From an uncultured Bdellovibrionales bacterium (GTDB lineage: Bacteria > Patescibacteriota > Minisyncoccia > Moranbacterales > UBA1568): 50,756 bases of DNA. Where the stretch lies: assembly GCA_964385515.1 (NCBI GenBank), contig CAYLPD010000003.1:1-50756 (forward strand), given 5' to 3'. The position numbers and the translations under genes were made by a program. Numbering within the stretch: the stretch's first letter is position 1; every line of letters begins with the position of its first letter. The notes under the pieces are model-generated. The model worked only from the letters and a program-made list of their open reading frames with translations. It had not been told where the DNA came from and ran no database searches. Positions 43,196 through 50,756 of the stretch are shown one piece after another.

Positions 43196-43798
43196 GTGAT
43201 TTCTGCTATACTGATGCTACAGAAAATTCCTAATCTCTCGCGTATGCTGAGTCTCCCTCTCATCCTTATCGGTGTTGTTGTCCTGGTGCTCCTCTATGGT
43301 GTTGGGCTGTATAACGGTTTTGTGCGTCTCGCCACACGTGTGGATGAAGCGTGGAGTGATATCGATGTTCAATTGAAACGGCGGTACGATCTCATCCCAA
43401 ATCTCGTGAATACAGTGAAGGGCTATGCAGCTCATGAGAGTAGCGTTTTTGAGAAAGTAACCGAAGCGCGGTCGCAAGCGATGCAGGCTGGATCAGTCGC
43501 TGATCATGGCGCAGCGGAGAACATGTTGTCGGGTGCCCTGAAAAGTCTCTTTGCGATCGCTGAGGCGTACCCTGATCTCAAGGCGAACACAAATTTTCTT
43601 GAGTTACAACGCGAGCTCTCTGATACTGAAAACAAGATTCAGGCGTCGCGCCGTTTCTACAATGGCACCGTGATGGAGCTCAACACAAAAGTTGATATGT
43701 TTCCATCCAACATTATTGCCAACATGTTCAAATTTTTGAAGCGTGAATTTTTTGAGATTGAGGAGAGTCAGAAGGAACCAGTGAAGGTGGAGTTCTAG
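43196..43798 (+). CDS. lemA: LemA family protein
   Basis: An N-terminal TM helix is followed by 'YNGFVRL...VDEAWSDIDVQLKRRYDLIPNLV' and 'RRFYNGTV', all LemA signatures. The likely start is the internal ATG at 43244. Confidence 0.85.
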   Translation: MISAILMLQKIPNLSRMLSLPLILIGVVVLVLLYGVGLYNGFVRLATRVDEAWSDIDVQLKRRYDLIPNLVNTVKGYAAHESSVFEKVTEARSQAMQAGSVADHGAAENMLSGALKSLFAIAEAYPDLKANTNFLELQRELSDTENKIQASRRFYNGTVMELNTKVDMFPSNIIANMFKFLKREFFEIEESQKEPVKVEF

Positions 43799-43802
43799 GT
43801 GT

Positions 43803-45671
43803 ATGATTGGTAGTCTTGGCAGACAAGTGCTCACGCTTGTCTGCTTTGTTTTTGTGAGTTTCTATCCAGTGGTTGCGCAGGCTTCGAACGAGTCGGATGT
43901 GACAGAACACATTGCGCATTTTGATGTTGATGTACTGATTGCCCGAGACGGGACGCTTGATGTGAGGGAAACGATTCACTATATATTTGGTCAGGCTGAA
44001 AAACATGGAATCTTTCGTGATATACCGATTGAATACGCGGCTGCATTGGGTACCCAGAAATCGATCACGATCGATGTTGAGAGTGTCCAGGATGAGACTG
44101 GCAAGCCATTAGCCCATACTGAGAGTCGGGTTGGTGGTCATCTGCGTATCAAGATTGGCGATGCGGATCGTCTTATTTCGGGGGCTGCTACTTATGTGAT
44201 CCGCTACCGTGTGGCCGGCGCGCTTACGTTCAATGAAGACTTTGATGAACTCTACTGGAATGTGACCGGTCACGACTGGGTAGTGCCGATTACAGCTACG
44301 TCGGTAGCTGTTCGGACAGCGGCCCCGGTGGCTCATGATCGCTTTGTCTGTTATGTCGGGTTACGGGGGAGTACGACACGGTGTGATGACACATCAGCTG
44401 CAACCGTAGCGACTCCCCGGTCGGAGTGGCAGATCGATTGGAACCAGACACTCTCAGCTGGTTCTGGCATTACGATTGCACTCGGATTCGAAAAGGGGTA
44501 CGCAACGGAGCCGACAGAGTGGGAACGGGCGTTTGCTTTTCTCAAGAATAATCCACTCGTCTTTTTGCCTCTTGTGGTATTTGGGTTGATGTTCCGACGT
44601 TGGCATCGTGAGGGTCGAGACCCAAAGGGGCGCGGCACTATTGTTCCTGAATACGATGTGCCAGATGGTCTTTCGCCGCTTCACATTGCTGCTTTACAAG
44701 ACGGGCAGCTAACGGGGAAAGAAATCCCACCGGCGATCATCGACCTCGCAGTAAAGGGGTATCTCATGATTGAGCGAGTGACTCATGATGGACTCATCTT
44801 TGATGCAGCTGATTATCGGTTGACCGAAACGGCACATCATCCGGCCGTAGGATCGATTGAGGCAGCATTGGTCGAGGCGTTGTTTGCTGCCGATCAGTCA
44901 ACGGCCGGTGCAGAGTCCGTTCAGAAGCTATCTACTTCTCCGCTTGCAGCATTACTCCCAGTTTTTTTGAAGCGCGCGATTGAAGCACGCGGGCCGAAAA
45001 CTGATGTGAGAGCCGAAAACACACTACGATCAGTAGAGGTGTCAGCTCTCAAGAACAAGTTTTATTCACAAATCCCAGTACTTCAGAAACGGACTGTGGA
45101 TGATCTTATTGCACGGCGGTTATTGGTAGCAAGTCCCCAGGCTATTTGGGGCAAGTATGCTCTGTGGGGGATCTTACTGCTTGTCGGCGGATTTTTCTTG
45201 CTCTCCCATCTTGAACTCCAGGGGATGAGTATCTTTGCGCTTGTCATCTGTATCCCGATCTATATTGTCTTTGCCTATCTCATGCCGCGAGTCACGCGAG
45301 AAGGTGCGATTGTGAAAGAACGTCTTCTCGGACTCAAAGACTATCTCCAAATCGCTGAAAAGCGTCGCTTGGAATTTCACAATGCCCCAGAGAAAACGCC
45401 AGCGCTCTTTGAACGACTCCTTCCGGCCGCACTCCTTCTCGGAGTTTCTGACATTTGGGCCAAAGAATTTGCTGACCTCACTCTGTCTCAGCCGGATTGG
45501 TATCAGGGTGGAAATTCGGCATCTTTTTCGGCGACGTCCTTTGCTTCTGATCTTGGCAGTTTTAATTCGGCGACAACCTCATCCCTTGTCTCGGCTCCCT
45601 CTGGGAGTGGTTCTGGCGGTGGTGGATTTTCTGGTGGCGGCAGTGGTGGTGGCGGCGGTGGGAGCTGGTAG
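43803..45671 (+). CDS. DUF2207-domain membrane protein
   Basis: 622 aa with a signal/anchor, 'DGTLDVRETIHYIFGQAEKHGIFRDIP' (DUF2207 N-domain), central TM helices and a Gly-rich tail 'GSGSGGGGFSGGGSGGGGGGSW'. This is the typical LemA partner. Confidence 0.8.
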   Translation: MIGSLGRQVLTLVCFVFVSFYPVVAQASNESDVTEHIAHFDVDVLIARDGTLDVRETIHYIFGQAEKHGIFRDIPIEYAAALGTQKSITIDVESVQDETGKPLAHTESRVGGHLRIKIGDADRLISGAATYVIRYRVAGALTFNEDFDELYWNVTGHDWVVPITATSVAVRTAAPVAHDRFVCYVGLRGSTTRCDDTSAATVATPRSEWQIDWNQTLSAGSGITIALGFEKGYATEPTEWERAFAFLKNNPLVFLPLVVFGLMFRRWHREGRDPKGRGTIVPEYDVPDGLSPLHIAALQDGQLTGKEIPPAIIDLAVKGYLMIERVTHDGLIFDAADYRLTETAHHPAVGSIEAALVEALFAADQSTAGAESVQKLSTSPLAALLPVFLKRAIEARGPKTDVRAENTLRSVEVSALKNKFYSQIPVLQKRTVDDLIARRLLVASPQAIWGKYALWGILLLVGGFFLLSHLELQGMSIFALVICIPIYIVFAYLMPRVTREGAIVKERLLGLKDYLQIAEKRRLEFHNAPEKTPALFERLLPAALLLGVSDIWAKEFADLTLSQPDWYQGGNSASFSATSFASDLGSFNSATTSSLVSAPSGSGSGGGGFSGGGSGGGGGGSW

Positions 45672-45752
45672 CTTCACTCGACAAAAGTGCTGTTTTGATC
45701 TACACTAGTCGGGCACAGAGGGTGCACGTCCACTTTTTTCTATCGTTCACTT

Positions 45753-46637
45753 ATGGGCACTGCGTATTCGCACAGTACAAAAAATATCGAATTGACTTGG
45801 CTGTATCTCAGTATTTTTTTTCTTGGTGTTATTGGAGTTGGCTACCTCTTTGCTCAAGTCTATGGCAATAGCTCCATCCTTTATATAGCAGTGGCCTTTT
45901 CAGTCCTCACAAGTTTTGCTTCCTACTGGTGGAGTGACAAGATTGTTTTGTCCATGGCCCAGGCGACGCTCGTTGAGCGCGAAACAAATCCCGAGATCTA
46001 TAACCTTGTCGAAAATCTCTGTATCACTGCCGGACTTCCGATACCCAAGATCTACATTGCTGAGGATCCAGCGCTCAATGCATTTGCGACGGGTCGTGAT
46101 CCGGAACACGGTGTCGTTTGTCTGACGACCGGTATCCTCGCGCGGCTGAACAAGATGGAGCTTGAAGGCGTTATCGCACACGAACTCTCTCATATTCGGA
46201 ATCGGGATACGTTGCTCTCGACAGCGGTTGTCATCCTTGCTGGTTTTATCTCAATCCTTGCGGACATGTTTCAACGCTCGCTTTTGTTCCGGAGTCGCGA
46301 TAATGACAACCGCGGCGGTGGATTAATCCTGGTTGGAATCATTCTCTCTCTCCTCGCCCCGCTCGCCGCGCTGCTTATCCGTATGGCGATTTCTCGCAAA
46401 CGTGAACTATTGGCCGACGCTTCCGGCGCGCTGTTGACACGTTATCCCGAAGGTCTTGCCAGCGCGCTCGAAAAAATCTCTAGTGACCCGAAACCACTCG
46501 ATACCGCTAGTGGTGCAACTGCTCATCTGTATATTTCAAACCCATTCAAATCGGGAAGCCTCATGAAACTTTTTATGACGCACCCACCCATCGAAGAACG
46601 TCTCAAGGCGCTTCGAGAAATGGATCTTGACCGCTAG
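45753..46637 (+). CDS. htpX: Zinc metalloprotease HtpX (M48)
   Basis: 'HELSHIRNRD' HExxH motif, 4 TM helices and 'THPPIEERL' at the C-terminus. Confidence 0.9.
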   Translation: MGTAYSHSTKNIELTWLYLSIFFLGVIGVGYLFAQVYGNSSILYIAVAFSVLTSFASYWWSDKIVLSMAQATLVERETNPEIYNLVENLCITAGLPIPKIYIAEDPALNAFATGRDPEHGVVCLTTGILARLNKMELEGVIAHELSHIRNRDTLLSTAVVILAGFISILADMFQRSLLFRSRDNDNRGGGLILVGIILSLLAPLAALLIRMAISRKRELLADASGALLTRYPEGLASALEKISSDPKPLDTASGATAHLYISNPFKSGSLMKLFMTHPPIEERLKALREMDLDR

Positions 46638-47121
46638 TATGCTGTCAGGTTGGGGCCGTTCGAAGAAACCGAAAATGCTCGCCGCCGGAAAAAGCGGACG
46701 CTATTATTTTACGTTGCATTCTGAGTACAAGATGCGCGAGTATCACCTGTCGCGCCAGCGCATTATCCGTGTTATCCGGAGCCCCAAGCGGACTGAGACG
46801 GGGATTGTAGAAAACACGATTGCGGTAATGCAGCCGGCTTCGACCAAACGAATTGGCGGCCAAGAAACCTGGACACAGGAACTTTGGGTGATGTACAAGG
46901 TGCAAAAACAGGGGAGAGGGATTAGGGGTGAGGGATTAGAAGTGAAACCGATCCATCAGTCGAGTCATGCCGCCCTACTGAATCAGCCAGAGCTGAAAAT
47001 CATCTCGGCCTGGCGATATCCAGGAGTTTCACCGGAGCGGGATCCAATTCCAGCCGATATTCTCCGTGAGATTGCTCGCGGATTGGAAGAAAGTGAGCTA
47101 GCTGAAGAAATGGCTGACTAG
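46627..47121 (+). CDS. Hypothetical protein
   Basis: 164-aa ORF that overlaps the htpX end by 11 nt and has an acidic C-terminus. There is a vague resemblance to small DUF4258-like proteins ('FTLHSEYKMREYHLSRQRIIRVI'), but it is not secure. Confidence 0.4.
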   Translation: MTASMLSGWGRSKKPKMLAAGKSGRYYFTLHSEYKMREYHLSRQRIIRVIRSPKRTETGIVENTIAVMQPASTKRIGGQETWTQELWVMYKVQKQGRGIRGEGLEVKPIHQSSHAALLNQPELKIISAWRYPGVSPERDPIPADILREIARGLEESELAEEMAD

Positions 47122-47207
47122 AGCCAATACCTACAAATGTGTGCTTTAAATGGCTTGAAAAAGCCTTTTATTTTGCTTTATTGAAGCCATAAACTGGTCG
47201 TCTCTAC

Positions 47208-47236
47208 TTGACTGGTAGGCGATTTTGGTGTATACT
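47208..47236 (+). promoter_or_regulatory. Sigma-70-like promoter
   Basis: TTGACT (47208-47213), 17-nt spacer, TATACT (47231-47236). It is preceded by a weak hairpin plus T-run at 47152-47175. Confidence 0.5.
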
Positions 47237-47296
47237 GTTCTTTCAGTTCTTTAAGTCACTGTTTCTCAACCCAACCACCCACGAAAGGGGAATTAC

Positions 47297-47629
47297 ATGT
47301 TCTTGAATGTCGACCAAACGCTTTTTTGGATCAATAACGCGATGGTGTGGTATGTCGTCGGTCTTCTCGGCGCGATAGGCATAGCACAGTACTTATTCGG
47401 CGCCCTCAATCAGACGCCCTCGCGAGAGGCCCTGAAGACCTTCGCCCTAATTCAAGTGGCAGCCTGCATTCTCTACTTCGTCGGCGTGGCGTGGGGTTGG
47501 CTGATGATTCTGAATTCGGTCGACATCCGGTCACTTTTCGGGCAAATCGTACTTGTGATCAGCGCGACCATCATCAATGCGTCTGTACTGATGCTGGTCA
47601 GGCTATGGCTCGTGCACCCTAGGAAGTAA
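47297..47629 (+). CDS. Small 3-TM membrane protein (hypothetical)
   Basis: 110-aa hydrophobic ORF downstream of a consensus promoter, with 'AAAGGGGAA' upstream of the ATG. Confidence 0.45.
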   Translation: MFLNVDQTLFWINNAMVWYVVGLLGAIGIAQYLFGALNQTPSREALKTFALIQVAACILYFVGVAWGWLMILNSVDIRSLFGQIVLVISATIINASVLMLVRLWLVHPRK

Positions 47630-47786
47630 GGAGTCGCTTCGTAAGGTGTCGGGAGATGCATGTCAACAACGTGCATCTCCCCTCAACCGGAGGACGAATG
47701 AGCGATCATTCGAAATCCCAAGAGTTCAGTGCTCAACCCGTAACTTCACAACTCACGTTTCTAACACGGCAAGGAGGCCGTTAATT

Positions 47787-48554
47787 ATGAACGCACTTCG
47801 TTCCTCGTTCCTCGTTGTACTCGTTGTGCTGTGTGGCCTCGTGGGCTGCGCAGCGCCCATGCCATATGTAGGCAGCGGTGGGTATGCTGGTCAAACCGAC
47901 CGGTACAACACAGGGTACGGCTATCAGCAGCCAATCCCGGCCGGGTACGCCAACGCTCACACTCCCTATATGGGGATGCATGGTGGGCGGTGCTATCACC
48001 ATGGGTTCATCCAGCCGACGAATGAGTTGTGTCTCAGCGGCGCGATCCAAACGCCGACCACGAACACAGCCTACACGTCGCAGTATGGAGTATCTGGGTC
48101 CGGTGTCGCGCCGAGTCTCGGCGGTGGCATGAGTCCAGAAATGGCGACTGAACTCCTCGCCGAGCTCGAGCGGCAGCCGAACCCATGCACCACGCAGGAA
48201 AGCACGCTCCGGACCTCGATCGGTGCAGCCGTCGGTGCAGCTGTCGGTGCTGTGATCACGAGCGGACGCAATCATAATCGCGGCGCGATCATCGGTGGCC
48301 TCGTCGGGGCAGCCGGTGGCAATAGCAGCGCCGCCTGGACCTGCCAGCGCTACACTGACATGAAACTGGCGCTCCGTGCGACTATCGACGGAGCCAAAGC
48401 GCGGTGCCGCGACGAGCTGCACCAAGTCGAGGTCGACGGGCGCCTCGTCACGCGGAAGACGCGTGACTGTGGCGTGACCGAAGCGCGGGACTTCGAACGG
48501 ATTGGGTCGCAAATCGCAACCAAACCGGCGCCGGTCCAGATGCCGCCGAAGTGA
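47787..48554 (+). CDS. Lipoprotein with glycine-zipper domain
   Basis: The ATG at 47787 lies 9 nt after AAGGAGG. The signal peptide has a lipobox ('VVLCGLVGC'). The glycine zipper reads 'GAAVGAAVGAVITSG...GAIIGGLVGAAGG'. The track ORF (from 47646) has an implausible N-terminal extension. Confidence 0.6.
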   Translation: MNALRSSFLVVLVVLCGLVGCAAPMPYVGSGGYAGQTDRYNTGYGYQQPIPAGYANAHTPYMGMHGGRCYHHGFIQPTNELCLSGAIQTPTTNTAYTSQYGVSGSGVAPSLGGGMSPEMATELLAELERQPNPCTTQESTLRTSIGAAVGAAVGAVITSGRNHNRGAIIGGLVGAAGGNSSAAWTCQRYTDMKLALRATIDGAKARCRDELHQVEVDGRLVTRKTRDCGVTEARDFERIGSQIATKPAPVQMPPK

Positions 48555-48586
48555 AGTAACCAGCGCTTACGATGGCCTCCTTATCG

Positions 48587-48630
48587 CAGCGATTCCTCGC
48601 CTCATCGAGGAATCGCTGTTTTCTTTTTCT
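48587..48630 (+). terminator. Strong rho-independent terminator
   Basis: A 13-bp stem, CAGCGATTCCTCG-cctcat-CGAGGAATCGCTG, is followed by TTTTCTTTTTCT. Confidence 0.85.
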
Positions 48631-48845
48631 TACATTTTACTGATTGAAAAGGAGTACCAAACAGAATATGGGGGGCCGGGAGAGAGTATTCGCGACAAAT
48701 ACAACTTTTCGGGTATACTAAAATGTATTCGTGCCTGGTTCGGTAGCGGACAACCAATGCCAGCAGATCACTCCCGTGCGGGGGTGCTTGTTTTCTCGGG
48801 TTGTCATGCTGCATAATTCATTCGTTAGGTCATCCTGAAAGGAAT

Positions 48846-50270
48846 ATGAAACATACCAAAATCATTGCGACACTGGGGCCGGTTTCGGGGAACAAAGACA
48901 TGATTGGTGAAATGGCTCGGGCGGGAGCAAATGTCTTCCGTTTGAATTTTTCGCATGGTGATTTTGATTGGCGTCGGTCTGTCATCAAAGCAATTCGTGA
49001 AGTTTCAGAGGAAATGGTCAGCCCGCTGGCTATTTTGGCTGACCTGCAGGGGCCACGCATTCGGACGGAAGTGATGTTTCCGATTGACGTGAAGAAAGGC
49101 TTTGCGCTGCGAGTGTGTGAGCTCGCAGAACGTATTCGTTTTGGTGCTGAGGAGCCAGTTGTTGCACTCGATACGCCGGGCGTGCTCGGCAAAGTCGCGG
49201 TTGGTCATCGTCTGCTCATTGATGATGGTATCATCGGGCTTACCGTTACTCATGTCGGGACTGGTTTTATCGATGTCCAAGCTGAAAATGACGGGACGAT
49301 AAAGAATCGGAAAGGCGTCATTTTGCCAGATACACCACTGGATCTCCCCATTCTCTCCAAGAAGGATAGAGAGGATCTGGCGTTTATCCTTGGAGAGGGT
49401 GTGGAATATCTCGGGCTTTCGTTTGTCGGATCAGTGGCAGATATCGAAAGCGTGAAGCGAGAGATGGACTCGATTGCCGGACCGGTGGCGCGCAAGCCAC
49501 TTATCTGTTCCAAAATCGAACGCAAGGTCGCCCTTCAACATCTCGATGAGATTATCCGGGCGAGTGATGCGGTGATGGTGGCGCGTGGCGACCTGGGGAT
49601 TGAGATGCCGTCGAGCGAGATTGCGATTCTCCAGAAACAGATCATCGCAGCGAGTCTCCGTGAGGCTCGGCCAGTCATCGTTGCCACTCAGATGATGCAG
49701 AGCATGGTGTCGAATCCTCGACCGACTCGGGCCGAGGTCTCTGATGTCTCAAATGCCGTCATCGATCACGCTGACGCGGTGATGCTCTCGGAGGAAACTG
49801 CTGCGGGCAAGTATCCGGTCGAGACGATTGCAACCATGAAAGAGATCATCGAAAAAACAGAAGAATCCCCATTTGATGATTTGTACCAGACACTCGATCT
49901 GAATTTGAAGTCGGAGTATGCCGTGATGATCCGAAGTGTGTATGAACTCGCCCAGAGTTTTCGTGTTAAAGCGATACTTGTTTTGTCAGTGAGCGGTTTT
50001 ACGGCGCGTCTTCTTTCCCATTTCCGACCTGATGCGCGCCTCCTCGTGGCAACCAATTCGCTTGAAACCTGGCGCGAACTGGCTCTCGTTTGGGGAGTGG
50101 AACCATATCTTTTTCCTGATGATCAGAAACTTGAGACGCTGATCGAACGCTTCATCACGAGTCTGAAAATACAGTCCGTGCTCGTGCCGGACGATCAGGT
50201 CGCTGTCTTCTATGGCCGGACACCCGAGCAGACAACCATGAAACTGGTTGGCATCCGGACTGTACGCTAG
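48846..50270 (+). CDS. pyk: Pyruvate kinase
   Basis: 'MKHTKIIATLGP', 'NFSHG', 'MVARGDLGIE' and 'ATQMMQSM' are canonical. The track ORF adds 15 aa upstream (48801). Confidence 0.92.
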   Translation: MKHTKIIATLGPVSGNKDMIGEMARAGANVFRLNFSHGDFDWRRSVIKAIREVSEEMVSPLAILADLQGPRIRTEVMFPIDVKKGFALRVCELAERIRFGAEEPVVALDTPGVLGKVAVGHRLLIDDGIIGLTVTHVGTGFIDVQAENDGTIKNRKGVILPDTPLDLPILSKKDREDLAFILGEGVEYLGLSFVGSVADIESVKREMDSIAGPVARKPLICSKIERKVALQHLDEIIRASDAVMVARGDLGIEMPSSEIAILQKQIIAASLREARPVIVATQMMQSMVSNPRPTRAEVSDVSNAVIDHADAVMLSEETAAGKYPVETIATMKEIIEKTEESPFDDLYQTLDLNLKSEYAVMIRSVYELAQSFRVKAILVLSVSGFTARLLSHFRPDARLLVATNSLETWRELALVWGVEPYLFPDDQKLETLIERFITSLKIQSVLVPDDQVAVFYGRTPEQTTMKLVGIRTVR

Positions 50271-50316
50271 TTGATTAGGTGTATACTGAAAGCAGTAATT
50301 TATTGGGTATAAACAT

Positions 50317-50756
50317 ATGGATGAGAGCACCAATGCCGCGCCGCAGCCTAGGAACACTGCTGGTACGGGTCAAGGAGAGATGAAACATGAAGTCATGGGG
50401 TTTGTTGCCAGAGTTGAAGCCTGGCTTGATGAGTACATGGTGACGAAAGCCCCGTTTCAGATTCCCATGGGTGGGAAAGAATTCTTGGCTATGGTTGCCC
50501 CGTACCTCATCATCGTTGGGATCGTGCTCTTTGTCTTGACTCTTCCAGTACTCCTCGGGTTTGGCGCGATGACGGCTGGAATGGGGATGATGACTGGCAA
50601 CGCTAGTTGGGGGCTCACAACGCTTGTGGCGCTTGTCGCTGGTGTGATCACAGCTGGTCTTGAGGCATGGGCGATTCCTGGTCTTTTCAAGCGAACGCAG
50701 CACGCCTGGAAGCTGGTGTTTTATGCAACGCTTGTTTCGTTTGCAGGAAACATCCT
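50317..50756 (+). CDS. Hypothetical membrane protein (partial, runs off the window)
   Basis: Hand translation gives MDESTNAAPQPRN...FLAMVAPYLIIVGIVLFVLTLPVLLGFGAM...TLVALVAGVITAGLEAW..., open to the end of the window with clear TM segments. I prefer it over the antisense 142-aa ORF at 50275-50703. Confidence 0.5.
   Translation, partial: MDESTNAAPQPRNTAGTGQGEMKHEVMGFVARVEAWLDEYMVTKAPFQIPMGGKEFLAMVAPYLIIVGIVLFVLTLPVLLGFGAMTAGMGMMTGNASWGLTTLVALVAGVITAGLEAWAIPGLFKRTQHAWKLVFYATLVSFAGNI

Noticed and set aside
47781-48512. A 243-aa minus-strand ORF, plus several 60-90-aa ORFs, overlapping the glycine-zipper lipoprotein gene.
   Set aside because: These are typical shadow ORFs of a GC-rich segment. 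The plus-strand gene has an SD, a lipobox signal peptide and a terminator.
50275-50703. A 142-aa minus-strand ORF at the right edge of the window.
   Set aside because: Its composition (His/Arg/Ser/Pro-rich) is implausible. The plus strand carries an open membrane-protein ORF from the ATG at 50317 that continues past the window end.
1-50756. Alternative genetic code or recoding (as in some CPR lineages), mobile elements, prophage or known defence systems.
   Set aside because: All recognisable genes read through uninterrupted in the standard code with normal lengths. I saw no transposase, integrase, phage structural, restriction-modification, toxin-antitoxin or cas genes, apart from the isolated Cas2-like domain noted above.

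Overview
This window is the replication-origin neighbourhood (rpmH-rnpA-yidC-jag / dnaA-dnaN) of a small, gene-dense bacterial genome. The gene content suggests a CPR/Patescibacteria (Parcubacteria-like) organism: three TrmB-like regulators, FemAB, a short MurE, an orphan PilB, DUF3048, LemA-DUF2207-HtpX and dispersed ruvC/ruvB/ruvA. That assignment is an inference, not a search result. I support about 55 protein genes, read in the standard code. rpmH was missing from the ORF track and I translated it by hand. There is also one partial ORF at the right edge. I found no rRNA, tRNA, CRISPR array, transposase, integrase or phage genes. The standout is a tightly packed minus-strand operon at 10143-17267. 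It carries four ATP-grasp ligase modules: one is fused to a retropepsin-like protease, two sit in a single internally duplicated protein, and one is a stand-alone cyanophycin-synthetase-like G domain. With them are a DUF1704/MATCAP-like HExxH peptidase, a YdjC-type deacetylase and a 7TM protein, all next to PBP1A. I read this as a candidate ribosome-independent peptide-ligation/trimming system with no characterised equivalent that I know of. Secondary observations are listed below.
- Two copies of a 32-bp palindrome flank a Cas2-like/PaaX-like regulator gene.
- An approximately 490-nt non-coding stretch ends in a clean terminator.
- A 164-nt RNA domain closed by a 16-bp helix plus a U-run lies upstream of a SemiSWEET gene.
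- A diderm-type Gcw_chp-like beta-barrel candidate and a GC-rich glycine-zipper lipoprotein are present.
- A DHH protein has degenerate catalytic motifs.
- DnaA boxes lie on both sides of dnaA.
All family calls come from reading the translated sequences and remembered family signatures. No database search was run.
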